Sequence record: PV764603.1
DNA length: 64,000 nt
Strand: one strand, 5' to 3'
The notes under the pieces: model-generated
The model's input: the letters and a program-made list of their open reading frames with translations, nothing else
Databases searched by the model: none
Told to the model about the DNA's origin: nothing
In this document: piece by piece, positions 8,415 to 18,003 of the stretch
How the letters are laid out: every line of letters starts with the position of its first letter
How positions within the stretch are numbered: position 1 is the stretch's first letter
Translations under genes and position numbers: made by a program

Positions 8415-8722
8415 GTTTCATCCTCAGTGCTGTAGGTGCGCCATGCGCTTTCGCGGGCGGGTGCGTAACGCAGATGCTTGACGGCGTAACGGTTTCCGTA
8501 GTGATCCGTCTTCCACTCATCGGTGAACCCGATTTCACGAACCGCTGCTTGGTAGGTGTCCGGATCGTCCTCGTAGTAACCGTTGGTGTTGTCGATGCTG
8601 TGCCAGTGGGCAAACTTGCCACCGCACACGTTGCACTTGTTGGGATAGCTCGCGTTGTGCGTGTCCCAAATCATGTGGTGCCCGTTTTCGCACAGGCGTT
8701 CTTCACTTCCTCGATAGCCCAC
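8411..8722 (-). CDS. small Zn-ribbon-like hypothetical protein
   Basis: CENGH...CNVCGG motifs; coupled to neighbours. Confidence 0.65.
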   Translation of the reverse strand: MGYRGSEERLCENGHHMIWDTHNASYPNKCNVCGGKFAHWHSIDNTNGYYEDDPDTYQAAVREIGFTDEWKTDHYGNRYAVKHLRYAPARESAWRTYSTEDET

Positions 8723-8723
8723 G

Positions 8724-9293
8724 TCACTTCCTCTTGGCGTAGTAGCGATGCCCCTTGTGGGGGAATGCGTTGTGGCCGAACGGATGGATGGTGTCCAACT
8801 CGTAGCCGGAACTATGGCGATAGATGCGCGTCGTTTCGTGTGTCGAAGTGGTTTTCGTTACGCGGTCCACATACACACGTTGATCGTCCATCAATGCCTC
8901 GCGCACGATCTGGCGCACTTGACGCAACGTGCGAACCTTGCGGTCGATGAGGATTTCACCGAAGACTTCATACACGCGACGGCGCTTGTACTTCGGACGG
9001 TTTCGGCTGAACGATACTGCTTCCTTGAACGCTGCTTTCAACAGCGCGACCGAATCGCCGTGATGCTCCTGCGGCGACCAAAACTCAATGAAGCACCACC
9101 CGCCCTTCTCATCATAGCTTTGCAGGAAGGCGTGCGACTTTCGGTGCGCCTTGTAGTGAGGGCTCTCAATCCAGTTGTCCGTGACACTGGAACGAAGGGC
9201 AACCATTTGCTCCGGCGTGCCGTTCTCAACGACGACGCCCCAATTCTTGTCAGCGAACGGCTTGCAGTAGGTGAAGGTCGGGCGACGGCTCAT
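8724..9293 (-). CDS. hypothetical protein (about 189 aa)
   Basis: Start MSRRPT at 9293 in ATGA overlap, AGGAG RBS. Confidence 0.65.
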   Translation of the reverse strand: MSRRPTFTYCKPFADKNWGVVVENGTPEQMVALRSSVTDNWIESPHYKAHRKSHAFLQSYDEKGGWCFIEFWSPQEHHGDSVALLKAAFKEAVSFSRNRPKYKRRRVYEVFGEILIDRKVRTLRQVRQIVREALMDDQRVYVDRVTKTTSTHETTRIYRHSSGYELDTIHPFGHNAFPHKGHRYYAKRK

Positions 9294-9514
9294 CCTGTGA
9301 AACTCCTTTTCATCAAATCGCGTGGGTTCGGATACTGCTGTTTCAACTTGTGCGTTCGCATAGCATCCCGATCCTGCCGGATGAGTTGCTTCGCTTTGTC
9401 TTTCACCGTCAGCTGCCAATCGCCCGCCGCACGCAACCCACCTTTCACGCTCAGGGATCGCAGCAGGGATTGTGTGGCGTTGGTGTTGGTGATTGCAACG
9501 ATGGGGAGGATCAT
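9290..9514 (-). CDS. small hypothetical protein
   Basis: ATG at 9514 in ATGA overlap. Confidence 0.55.
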   Translation of the reverse strand: MILPIVAITNTNATQSLLRSLSVKGGLRAAGDWQLTVKDKAKQLIRQDRDAMRTHKLKQQYPNPRDLMKRSFTG

Positions 9515-9894
9515 TTTGTATCCCTCGGATAGTGGTAACCGAAGAACCACACCGGGTAGCCATTGGACTGGTTGGTGTAGTGAGTGATCTTGGTCAGTAC
9601 GAGTTCGGGCTGATCGAAATACAACCGCAGGAACTCTTCGATTTGGGCCGGAGTGCGCTGAGGGCTATAGAAATACTGACCCGAGTTGCCCCACACTTTC
9701 TTAGCGCAGCGGTCGAATTTGCTGCTATCCCACGAGAACATGCGGTCACTATATGCGCCGCTGTTGATGTGGGTTTCCAAAACGTCCACATGATTCTGGA
9801 ATTGAACACGACCACCGAATTCATCGGTAAGCTCTTGGAACTGACCACCTACGAAGACGAAGGTGTGGTGACCGAACTGATTATCCAGCGACAT
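9511..9894 (-). CDS. hypothetical protein (127 aa)
   Basis: Coupled ORF. Confidence 0.65.
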   Translation of the reverse strand: MSLDNQFGHHTFVFVGGQFQELTDEFGGRVQFQNHVDVLETHINSGAYSDRMFSWDSSKFDRCAKKVWGNSGQYFYSPQRTPAQIEEFLRLYFDQPELVLTKITHYTNQSNGYPVWFFGYHYPRDTK

Positions 9895-10159
9895 AGTGCT
9901 TCCCCTTTAGGGCCTTGAATACGTATTCGTTGATGTGAACGAACTGGAAACAAGCAGCGACGCACGCAGCGACGAGGAAACACAGGGCTAACAAAAGCTC
10001 GCCCTTGCCGGCCAACGTCACACACCAGCACGCATAGGTCAACACAGTTACGATATTGAGATTTACCTCCACCCTATCTCGTTGGTAGCACCAGCCAAAG
10101 TAAAGCAGAACGTCCCACATGTTGTAGAAGAGGTACGCCCGGTCACCGTGGATATACAT
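9881..10159 (-). CDS. small membrane protein
   Basis: Hydrophobic segments; ATG at 10159 after GGAG. Confidence 0.55.
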   Translation of the reverse strand: MYIHGDRAYLFYNMWDVLLYFGWCYQRDRVEVNLNIVTVLTYACWCVTLAGKGELLLALCFLVAACVAACFQFVHINEYVFKALKGKHYVAG

Positions 10160-10163
10160 GCGA

Positions 10164-10448
10164 TCACTCCATCGCATCAAGTGCGGTGCGAACGAATTCG
10201 CGGAAGTCTTGATCGCTCAGGTTGTTGATGTTGGCGCGCACCTGCTCGACGAAGTGCTCCGCTTTCAAGGGGACGCGGTTGGTAACTAGATTACCCCGAG
10301 TGTGCTTTTCACACACGGCGCAGAAGTCCCTGTAACTCGCCCTGCGCACGTGATGCGCGGGTGTACTGTCAGGCGTGCAATCGTCGCACAGGTAAGAGGT
10401 CTTGACCTGCACGCGCACCGAAAGATGCTTAGACTGAACTTGGTTCAT
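10164..10448 (-). CDS. Zn-ribbon-like hypothetical protein
   Basis: Two CxxC pairs (CDDC, CAVC). Confidence 0.65.
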   Translation of the reverse strand: MNQVQSKHLSVRVQVKTSYLCDDCTPDSTPAHHVRRASYRDFCAVCEKHTRGNLVTNRVPLKAEHFVEQVRANINNLSDQDFREFVRTALDAME

Positions 10449-10660
10449 TTACCCAACTCCTTGTAGAAAGCAATGTCCAACCGCCATGTGGCGAAGACGA
10501 TCAGGGCGACCAGCAGGTTGATTGATCCGAGGATCGAGAACGCAAGCCCTAACGATTTGAAGAAGGCTGGCAACGCGCACATGATGCTGCCAATGAGGGT
10601 GCCCACAATGAGGTTCTTGCCCTTGTGGCGCTTGAACCACGGAATGAATCGCATATCCAT
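10445..10660 (-). CDS. small two-TM membrane protein
   Basis: Start at 10660 in TAATG overlap; two hydrophobic helices. Confidence 0.6.
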   Translation of the reverse strand: MDMRFIPWFKRHKGKNLIVGTLIGSIMCALPAFFKSLGLAFSILGSINLLVALIVFATWRLDIAFYKELGK

Positions 10661-10893
10661 TAGCGCTTTCCCGGCTTGGTCTTTGGCATGCCGATGGCGC
10701 TTGAAGCAGCCCGGCGATCCTTGGATGATTTGATCTTGAGTGCAGCGTCGGCGTGGCACTTGGCCGTGTAGATGTTGAACGTCTCTCCGGTACGCTCGCT
10801 GCGTACCTTGCTTTCCAGTGCGCCATACTCGATGACTTTGTGAATGCCATCGCGGCCTTCGACGCGGCAGAACTTGTCCCAAGACTGGATCAT
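10660..10893 (-). CDS. small basic hypothetical protein
   Basis: ORF coupled to downstream gene. Confidence 0.55.
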   Translation of the reverse strand: MIQSWDKFCRVEGRDGIHKVIEYGALESKVRSERTGETFNIYTAKCHADAALKIKSSKDRRAASSAIGMPKTKPGKR

Positions 10894-10935
10894 TGCGTTA
10901 CCCCTTGTGGTGAATGGTCAGGCGATGCCCGTGCG

Positions 10936-11280
10936 TTACTTGATGATGAGCTTTTGATTGGAGCAGCAGTCCAACAATTGCTCGTACACTTCCGGTGTTA
11001 CGTTGACACAGCCAGCGGTAATGCCTCGGCGGTCAGCAGGGTTGTCTGACTGGATGCGACGTTCCCGATGCTGTGCGTTGCCGAGTGTGTAGGTGCGGTG
11101 GATAGCAGACACGCCCTTGGCAGTGTGCCTGAACATGAGAACGTCGCCGCCGTATCCCGGCCAGTCCGTCTCAGCGTGCGTCATCTGAAACTCGCCGCGC
11201 GGAGTATCGGTTCCTACTAAAGCAGGATGGCACTGACCCGCAAAGCAAATCAGCGCCAACGTCACGTCTACGATTACCAT
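10936..11280 (-). CDS. L,D-transpeptidase (YkuD)-like protein
   Basis: TPRGEF, AIHR...ITAGCVNV matches the YkuD Hx(n)[ST]xGC[IV]N catalytic pattern. Confidence 0.75.
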   Translation of the reverse strand: MVIVDVTLALICFAGQCHPALVGTDTPRGEFQMTHAETDWPGYGGDVLMFRHTAKGVSAIHRTYTLGNAQHRERRIQSDNPADRRGITAGCVNVTPEVYEQLLDCCSNQKLIIK

Positions 11281-11328
11281 GATCCTTTCCTTGAAAGGAG
11301 GGGCAGCCTAAGCCACCCCTCCGGTGAA

Positions 11329-12702
11329 TCAACCTTCGATCTTGCTGCGGATGATGTACTGCACCGGCTTCACTTCCTGCGGCAGTTCGCACAGGCGAAG
11401 CTGGATGGTAGTGACCATGCGCTGATTGGCGCTCGACGTGCCCATGCCAGCCTGACCCCATTCCTGACTGCGACCACCGCCGCCCAGCGCAACGTTGCGG
11501 TTACCCGAAACGCCAACCACCGTGGTGAACATGGTGACCTGATGCCCGTAGTAGCGCGGGCCAGTCGGACCTTCAAAGGTCAGGTACGGCACCAAGTTAC
11601 CATTGGCATCGGTGTAGGGCACCAGTTCCTGGGTGATGCCTTGGTCGATGCTCGACTTGATGAACAGGCCGTGGAAGGTTCCGTTGACTCGCTCAGTCAC
11701 AACCTTTTGCAGCGGACCACAGGCCGACGTTTCCTTGATGATGTTGCCAGTGGCGACATACGAGGAAGGAGTCAGCGGCACGACAGCCGGGATGCTCAGT
11801 GCCAGTGCGCGGTAGCTCGAATTGTTGGAAGCGTCAACGTGCGTGCTGCTGTTGCCACTGCCGTCATTCGACATGCTACTCGACTGCCCACCAACCTTGG
11901 TGCTGGTCGATTGGCCACCGACGTTGGTGGACTGACCCACCGCGTTGGTGTTGGCGCTGCTCTGGCCCTGCGAGGCCGAGTTCGCATTCTTGTTGCTGCT
12001 GTTGCCACTGCCGTCATTCGACAGGCCGTTGATGCTGCTCTGGCCCAGCGCGTTGGTATTGTTGCCCGTGGTTGCCGAGTTGTTACCTCCGGTCAGCGCG
12101 TTCGCGTTGCCATTGGTATTGCTGCTCGACTGGCCTTGACCCTGCCATGCGGAACCGCCCTGACCGCCCGCACCACCTGCACCACCAGCGCCGCCGTTGG
12201 CAGTGGTCGTGTTGTTCGACCCGTTGCCATTGCCCATGTTGCTGTTGGAACTGTTGCCGCCGTTGATGGCGTTGGCGTTGGAGGAATTGCCGCCCGTCAT
12301 ATCGCCCGTGCGGTTGCCACCATTCGACAGGGAGTTTCCGCCGCTGCTGCTCGACGTGTTGCCAACCGAGGAACGGTTGTCGTTGTCGTTGTTGCTCAGG
12401 TTGCCGGTGGCCGAACCACCTGCGCCGCCCTGAGCATGACCACCCTGCACCGTGTTGCCACTTTGGTCAACCGTGTTGCCGCTCTGCTGGAGGTTGTTCT
12501 CACCAGTGTTGCTGTTGCCCGATTGGTTCGATGCAGTCGAGTTGCCGATCTGCGTGGAGTTGGAATTGGTGTTGTCCGCCGTGGTGGACGTGTCACCCAT
12601 GTTCTGATTGGAGCAGTTGACCGTACCTTCGGGGCACGGCGGGTTCTGCGCCAGTGCGGAGAACGACAGGGACAGGGCCAATGCGAGAATGAGCTTGTTC
12701 AT
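11329..12702 (-). CDS. secreted Asn/Gly/Ser/Gln-rich low-complexity protein (457 aa)
   Basis: Signal peptide MNKLILALALSLSFSALA; about 260-aa N/G/S/Q/T-rich repeat tract; beta-rich C-terminal domain. Confidence 0.85.
   Translation of the reverse strand: MNKLILALALSLSFSALAQNPPCPEGTVNCSNQNMGDTSTTADNTNSNSTQIGNSTASNQSGNSNTGENNLQQSGNTVDQSGNTVQGGHAQGGAGGSATGNLSNNDNDNRSSVGNTSSSSGGNSLSNGGNRTGDMTGGNSSNANAINGGNSSNSNMGNGNGSNNTTTANGGAGGAGGAGGQGGSAWQGQGQSSSNTNGNANALTGGNNSATTGNNTNALGQSSINGLSNDGSGNSSNKNANSASQGQSSANTNAVGQSTNVGGQSTSTKVGGQSSSMSNDGSGNSSTHVDASNNSSYRALALSIPAVVPLTPSSYVATGNIIKETSACGPLQKVVTERVNGTFHGLFIKSSIDQGITQELVPYTDANGNLVPYLTFEGPTGPRYYGHQVTMFTTVVGVSGNRNVALGGGGRSQEWGQAGMGTSSANQRMVTTIQLRLCELPQEVKPVQYIIRSKIEG
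11845..12023. repeat. exact 29-bp direct repeat inside the N-rich gene
   Basis: GCTGCTGTTGCCACTGCCGTCATTCGACA at 11845-11873 and 11995-12023 (encodes SNDGSGNSS). Confidence 0.9.
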
Positions 12703-12810
12703 AGATTCCTTTTTAAGGACGCCTTCGCTTTAATCGTAACCCTGCGCCTCGGGTTACCGCGCTAATGTGAAGCAGGGATACACCATGTATCCCTGCCCTA
12801 CTACCGAAGA

Positions 12811-13449
12811 TTACTCTTCGTCTTCCTCGTCGTCGCCGTTGTCATCCGGGTCTTCCGTGATGGCTTCCTGCGCGGCGCGTGCTGCCTTCTTTTCCGCACG
12901 CTTGCGTTCCTGGGCTGCCTCTTCCTCCGCTTCGCGTGCAGCACGCTCTGCATCGGCGACGGCCTGACGTGCCTGGAACACTTGTTCCATCGACTCACCC
13001 AGCGCGCCGTCCAGCAGTTCTTCCAGCAGCTTGTCCGCGCTCAGTTCGCCTTCGGCCGTCGCATCCTTGTTCGCCAGAAGGGCCGCAGCCTTCTTCTTGA
13101 GAACCTTGATGTGCGGCATGACGTTGACCTCGTAGTTCTCGGCCAGTTCCTTGGTGGTGAACAGCTTCCCGTCCTTCGCCTTGTAACGCGTCACCTTGAC
13201 CGCGCCAGTGGAACCGGCTTCGACCGTGAAGCTGCCGTCAGCGTGTGCCTTGATCGCGTTGCGGTAGTCTGCGATCAGGCCGCCGATTTCCCCTTCGATC
13301 AGTTCACGGAACATGTTGGCCTTGCGATCCTGCGCGCCTTCCAGTGCAGTCTGGATCAGACCACGCATCTGTGCGAGGCAGACGGCCTCTTCCGACTGGA
13401 ACAAGGTGTTGGTGCCATCGGCGATCCAGCGAGCGACTTTCTTTGCCAT
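12811..13449 (-). CDS. hypothetical protein with internal two-fold repeat and acidic tail
   Basis: KVARWIADGTNTLF vs KVTRYKAKDGKLF, each followed by an ELxxGxxG helix. Confidence 0.75.
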   Translation of the reverse strand: MAKKVARWIADGTNTLFQSEEAVCLAQMRGLIQTALEGAQDRKANMFRELIEGEIGGLIADYRNAIKAHADGSFTVEAGSTGAVKVTRYKAKDGKLFTTKELAENYEVNVMPHIKVLKKKAAALLANKDATAEGELSADKLLEELLDGALGESMEQVFQARQAVADAERAAREAEEEAAQERKRAEKKAARAAQEAITEDPDDNGDDEEDEE

Positions 13450-13488
13450 GATGCTACTTCCTTCTTTGAGTGATGTTGCGAGTGGGTG

Positions 13489-13998
13489 TTACGGAGTGGT
13501 GGGTTCTTGCTCGATTTCTTGGACAGCAGCGAGCACTTCTGCTTCGGGAATCTCGATGTAGTTGGATTCCCAATCCAACTTGCCGAACGGCAGCATGAGG
13601 CATTCATCCGGTTCCATTACAATTGGCACGTCGTTGTTATGTGCCATGAGGCGTGCAATTGCCTCCTTGAGGGTCGGCGCCATCACCGACTTATCGTAGA
13701 TGAAAATGTCGTTCTGTTCTTTTTCGTGATCTTCCTTGAAGGTGTAGTAGAGACGGTACTTGTTGTTGGGAAGTCGAGGCTCCATAACCTCTTCTTCATC
13801 ATCGACATAATCGTCCGAAGAATCCGTGGCGACTTTGCCATAGGACTCACGGTACAGTTCACCCATGCGGCTGAGGTCGTCAGGAAGTGACGCAGTGACC
13901 GAGAGTGCTCCGTTGCAGTAGCGAACAACGAAAACCTCTTGCTCGCCGCCGTCAACGTCAATGACAAGGGTATCCCCTTCCGCGATTACGATACGCAT
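13489..13998 (-). CDS. acidic hypothetical protein (169 aa)
   Basis: Coupled ORF. Confidence 0.7.
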   Translation of the reverse strand: MRIVIAEGDTLVIDVDGGEQEVFVVRYCNGALSVTASLPDDLSRMGELYRESYGKVATDSSDDYVDDEEEVMEPRLPNNKYRLYYTFKEDHEKEQNDIFIYDKSVMAPTLKEAIARLMAHNNDVPIVMEPDECLMLPFGKLDWESNYIEIPEAEVLAAVQEIEQEPTTP

Positions 13999-14393
13999 TA
14001 AAGCTCCCCGAGCTCTTGCTCGATCAGGTTGAGATTGATTTCAAGTTTACGCGCCTGCTCCGTAAACTCATTGGCTTCGACATGGAGCCGCCGAATATCC
14101 GAGGGTAGCGACCACAGCACTTGATGCGCAACCACGACACACCCGAAGATCAGCGCCACGATGGGAATTGCTATCATCGGGATGTTGTTCGCAACGATGG
14201 ACAGTACAATAAGCGCCACCAGCATCACTGCTGCACCCAGCAACCCGAACATACGCACGCGGCGCAGTTTCTTGATCGCCTCGAACTTGATGCGTCGCAT
14301 CGCGTACAGGTGCCCGATGTGCGACACCAAATCATCCTTGGCGTCCGTGAGCACCTGTATCCGCATCTTGTTCCGCCAATTATCCGTAATCAT
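13998..14393 (-). CDS. two-TM membrane protein
   Basis: Paired hydrophobic helices flanked by coiled-coil-like ends. Confidence 0.65.
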   Translation of the reverse strand: MITDNWRNKMRIQVLTDAKDDLVSHIGHLYAMRRIKFEAIKKLRRVRMFGLLGAAVMLVALIVLSIVANNIPMIAIPIVALIFGCVVVAHQVLWSLPSDIRRLHVEANEFTEQARKLEINLNLIEQELGEL

Positions 14394-14647
14394 TCAGTAC
14401 CTACCTGCGAGGAAGAGTAGAAGGCCGCTTGCTCCTGTTTCAGTTCGGCCTTGCGGTGGAAGAACGTGGCCCGACGCCACATGAGGACAATGTAAGCAAC
14501 CACTGCGATCAACCCGATCGTCCAGTGGATGAAGACCGCCAGAGCGATCCCGACGATCAGTACGAGGTACATGATCGTCGTGTGTTTCTGGATCGCATCC
14601 CTGCACCTGCCCAAGTCTGCGATCACGTCCGAGTAAGTGCGGCTCAT
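14390..14647 (-). CDS. small two-TM membrane protein
   Basis: Paired hydrophobic helices; ATGA overlaps. Confidence 0.65.
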   Translation of the reverse strand: MSRTYSDVIADLGRCRDAIQKHTTIMYLVLIVGIALAVFIHWTIGLIAVVAYIVLMWRRATFFHRKAELKQEQAAFYSSSQVGTE

Positions 14648-15189
14648 GGCAGAATCTCCAGTTCATCGAACGAAGGCACGCCATGTACCCGAGACTCGCC
14701 GCGCTTTACGTAAGCCTTGCCCGGCACCGTGGGGCGATACCCCCATGCGTAGCTGGCCAGAGCGCCTTCCCCTTCGGTCTTCATGATGAGGTTCTCCGGC
14801 TTGAAGTGCGGCGATGCCTTGATGGCATCGAGTTCCGCTTGGTCCCACACCGGGAAACGCCAGTCGTGGTTGACGTTATCCACTGTCGTGATTAAGCCGT
14901 TCAGACGGCCCGGCGTCAACCACTGTTTCGTTGCAAGATCATATGCCAGCGTGCGGCACATGCTGCCCGTGCACTCGAAACCCGAGTGGTTTATCAGGCG
15001 CACCTCGTCAGTGACTGGCTCCACGATCCAACCGCGTGGATGGGTGCCAAGCTTGCCAACGATCATGAACTCCGTATCCTCGTCAAGAGCCATGCCCTCG
15101 GCGGCGCGGGCGAGCACAAGAATCTGATTGCCCACTCGGGTGGAGAAATTGTTGCGGCGGTTGTCACGAACAAAGATGAGGTTCTTCAT
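14644..15189 (-). CDS. hypothetical protein (about 181 aa)
   Basis: Start MKNLIF at 15189 after GAGGA. Confidence 0.7.
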   Translation of the reverse strand: MKNLIFVRDNRRNNFSTRVGNQILVLARAAEGMALDEDTEFMIVGKLGTHPRGWIVEPVTDEVRLINHSGFECTGSMCRTLAYDLATKQWLTPGRLNGLITTVDNVNHDWRFPVWDQAELDAIKASPHFKPENLIMKTEGEGALASYAWGYRPTVPGKAYVKRGESRVHGVPSFDELEILP

Positions 15190-15208
15190 TGATCCGTCCT
15201 CGGATGCG

Positions 15209-15469
15209 TTAGAGTTTGAGCTTGATGACAGTGGCGTGGTCCCACTCTTCCGGCTTGCGCGCATCGTTGTCGTACTTGACCATGCGCGCTTGATGCAACC
15301 ACTCTTCGAGTGTGCACCAGTTGAGGTGCAGGATTGGAACGCTGGATTCGATAGCGTGATCCTGATCCTCCCCGATGAAGTAGTGATAGCCTTCACCCTT
15401 CACCAGTTCCAGCTTCATGCCCTCCGCTGCGATAGCGGCGTTTACTTTCTTGTAGGTCAGACGTGCCAT
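15209..15469 (-). CDS. small hypothetical protein
   Basis: Start MARLTY at 15469 after GAGGA. Confidence 0.65.
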   Translation of the reverse strand: MARLTYKKVNAAIAAEGMKLELVKGEGYHYFIGEDQDHAIESSVPILHLNWCTLEEWLHQARMVKYDNDARKPEEWDHATVIKLKL

Positions 15470-15479
15470 GATCCGATCC

Positions 15480-15908
15480 TCAGTAGGAAGCGACGTTGAC
15501 CGAAATGCGATCAACGATGTTGCGCTGCGCGACTTCATCACACACAAGCATGACCGAAGCCTTGTCGTCTTCCGTAGGGCGATGACCCTGCAACTTCCAC
15601 TTGGCCCGAACGTCAACCACGCAACCGCACAGCACGTCAGCGCTAACGTCGTAGCCCGAAGAGTAGCCCAGCAGCGGAGCAACTACACTCCGGCACTGGC
15701 GCATATCAGCCAAGGCTGCATCGTTCAGGGTGGGCTCCGATCCCATCACAGCCTTGACGCTATTGACGATGCGCGCGGGCAGCTTGCTCGTCTCTTCCGA
15801 GAAGAGCTTGCCCGGATTGACGTGGACAAAGGCGGCGAGTGCGAGCATCCCGCAAACAACCTTGGCAGCGGCGGCGATGAATTCGTTGGTGGTCGGGGCA
15901 GTGTTCAT
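15480..15908 (-). CDS. exported/membrane-anchored Cys-containing protein
   Basis: Start MNTAPT at 15908 after GGAG; N-terminal hydrophobic helix. Confidence 0.6.
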   Translation of the reverse strand: MNTAPTTNEFIAAAAKVVCGMLALAAFVHVNPGKLFSEETSKLPARIVNSVKAVMGSEPTLNDAALADMRQCRSVVAPLLGYSSGYDVSADVLCGCVVDVRAKWKLQGHRPTEDDKASVMLVCDEVAQRNIVDRISVNVASY

Positions 15909-15988
15909 TGCATTATCTCCGATGAGTGCGTTATTTTCAAAGTGTGTTTGGCGTGCTGCATACGACAGGCACACTACTCCACACGTAC

Positions 15989-15997
15989 ATTATAGCA
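15989..15997 (-). promoter_or_regulatory. sigma70-type extended -10 promoter heading the leftward early gene run
   Basis: Minus strand TG-C-TATAAT about 80 nt upstream of the 15908 start; -35 box poor. Confidence 0.6.
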
Positions 15998-16099
15998 CAA
16001 GTAAATCGGGGTGCACGCCACCCCTGATTCCCGTTAAGCTGCCGTTCAGGTTCAGTTCGAGCACCCTTTGAAAAATCGAGGGGTCGGAACACCCTCGTT

Positions 16100-17989
16100 T
16101 CAGGGCCTATCCTTTAGCCCTTTCTTCATCTTCTGGAGCTTGGCGTCTAGCTCTTTCATTTCCTTGCCTATCGTCTTATCAGCTGGGTTGAGTTTCAGCT
16201 TGCGCTTTAGGTAGACGATGCGATTACTCATCTTGCGGAGTTCCTCTGGCATGGAAGCCCTGTACTTGGCCACCCGGCTTGCGGTCTGCGTGCGAATCTT
16301 GTGCATGTATTCTTCGGGCGTGCCTCGAATTTCCTTGGCTTCCTCAGAACGTGCATTGTTGACGCTCCACTCTGCATAGTTGCCCAGCGTCTCCATCGTT
16401 TCGTGATCCAGAATCGGGAAGTGATTCATTCTCTTGTGGATCATCTTGGCTAGACCCAGCGTTGGCACGATGGCGAGCATGGCATCCTTGCTTTCGTGAT
16501 TGCGCATATTGCCACGCCCCAAACTCTGGATCGTCTTGGCCACCACGTAATCCTGCTGCGGATCATACTCCGGCATGTACGCCTGCATCAGCGAGCGCAT
16601 TACAGGATCAGGATTCACGCCTGCCAAGAACACGACAGCGTTCGTACCGATGAAATCGTTGCGCCCTTCCACACGTCCAGTAGAGAACTTACGGAACAGC
16701 TTCTCGTTTACCTCCACGTCTTCCAGCGGTCCCTTGTTCATCAGCAGGAGCGCCTTGTCCTTACACTTGTGTAGCTTACGGAATCTACTGACAAGCTTCT
16801 CTGACATTTCTAGCTGCCATGCAAGCGGGTCCAGCTTGAAGTTGGCTTCCTTCAACTTCTTGTGCAGGCGTTGCAGCTTAGGCCCTGCCTTGGCGCGGTT
16901 GTTCTTGCCCGGATTGCGTAGGAATTCTGAGAAGGTCTTCAAATCCCGAGACGTTAGGTTCTGTGCGTCTAGCTCGGCCTTGATCGAAGTAATGTGTTCG
17001 CGTGGCACCAACAGGTTGTTGGTATTCATCGACTTGGACGGCATCGAGCTTGTGTTGAGCAACGGCACGATGGTGACCCGAGAGTAGTTCTCTAGAATCT
17101 TGGCGTTGGCGTTGGCATAGAAGCCTGTACCCAGCTGGTCGTCGATGAAAGGAATGGTGACGTTGCGCACCGTGCCCGCTGCTTCCTTTTCCATCAGGTA
17201 GAACATTTGACTGTCCTCGAAATCCGCTGACAGAATGTACACCGACTTGAAGCCTTGGAAGGGATACGACGGCAGGGTGATACGCATGAACTGGCGCTTA
17301 CCCTTCGCTCCCGTCTTCATAGCGCCAAACACCTTCATACGTCCATTAGCCCTTTCGGGGTCAATGTCATGCAGAAGCTGCTTGACTTGTAGAACGTATT
17401 TCTTTGGACCCATTGCCTTGATGAGAGCCTTGCGCTCCGAGGGCTTCACTTCCTCGTTGACTGCCACCTCAAAAATGTTGGTTCCGTTGAGGCGTCTAGT
17501 GACAAACAGCTTGTCTAGCAAATGCTTGACCGTTGCATTGAACTCGATCTTGTCGGTCATAGTCACCCACTTGCGCGCCTCGTCAAACAGCACAGTGGTA
17601 TGCTCAAAAGTTGGATGGGATCGTAGTTGCAGGAAGGTGGCGTGCGTGATGAACATGATGCTACCGTGCTTGTACGGATTCCCTACGTACAAGCCATTGC
17701 CCTTCTTCCAGTTCAGCACCGAATTGACGATACTCATCACATTGTCGTTGGTACTGGAATCGCTACCACTGGCAATGTAGTGCAGGAAGGAATGCTGGGA
17801 TTCTGGCAGCACTCGCTGCACACTTTTGACCGTCTGCTCCAGCAATTTCTTGGTGGGGGCGACGTACAGAATGTATCCGGGTTTCTTTTTCGCGTGGCCT
17901 GCCTCTACATGCTTCCGCATGAACTCCACAGCAGCCCTAGTTTTGCCCAATCCCGGAGGGGCAGACACAAAGTTGACAGTCAGGGTCAT
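16100..17989 (-). CDS. SF2 helicase-like protein (possible origin-binding protein)
   Basis: Walker A SAPPGLGKT, FITHATF, Walker B LFDEARK, ILSAD (motif III), EGRNDF (V), QSLGRGNMR (VI). Confidence 0.8.
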   Translation of the reverse strand: MTLTVNFVSAPPGLGKTRAAVEFMRKHVEAGHAKKKPGYILYVAPTKKLLEQTVKSVQRVLPESQHSFLHYIASGSDSSTNDNVMSIVNSVLNWKKGNGLYVGNPYKHGSIMFITHATFLQLRSHPTFEHTTVLFDEARKWVTMTDKIEFNATVKHLLDKLFVTRRLNGTNIFEVAVNEEVKPSERKALIKAMGPKKYVLQVKQLLHDIDPERANGRMKVFGAMKTGAKGKRQFMRITLPSYPFQGFKSVYILSADFEDSQMFYLMEKEAAGTVRNVTIPFIDDQLGTGFYANANAKILENYSRVTIVPLLNTSSMPSKSMNTNNLLVPREHITSIKAELDAQNLTSRDLKTFSEFLRNPGKNNRAKAGPKLQRLHKKLKEANFKLDPLAWQLEMSEKLVSRFRKLHKCKDKALLLMNKGPLEDVEVNEKLFRKFSTGRVEGRNDFIGTNAVVFLAGVNPDPVMRSLMQAYMPEYDPQQDYVVAKTIQSLGRGNMRNHESKDAMLAIVPTLGLAKMIHKRMNHFPILDHETMETLGNYAEWSVNNARSEEAKEIRGTPEEYMHKIRTQTASRVAKYRASMPEELRKMSNRIVYLKRKLKLNPADKTIGKEMKELDAKLQKMKKGLKDRP

Positions 17990-18003
17990 AGTGCGTATTT
18001 ACG

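Noticed and set aside
11227-12765. 512-aa plus-strand ORF
   Set aside because: Antisense shadow of the low-complexity secreted protein gene
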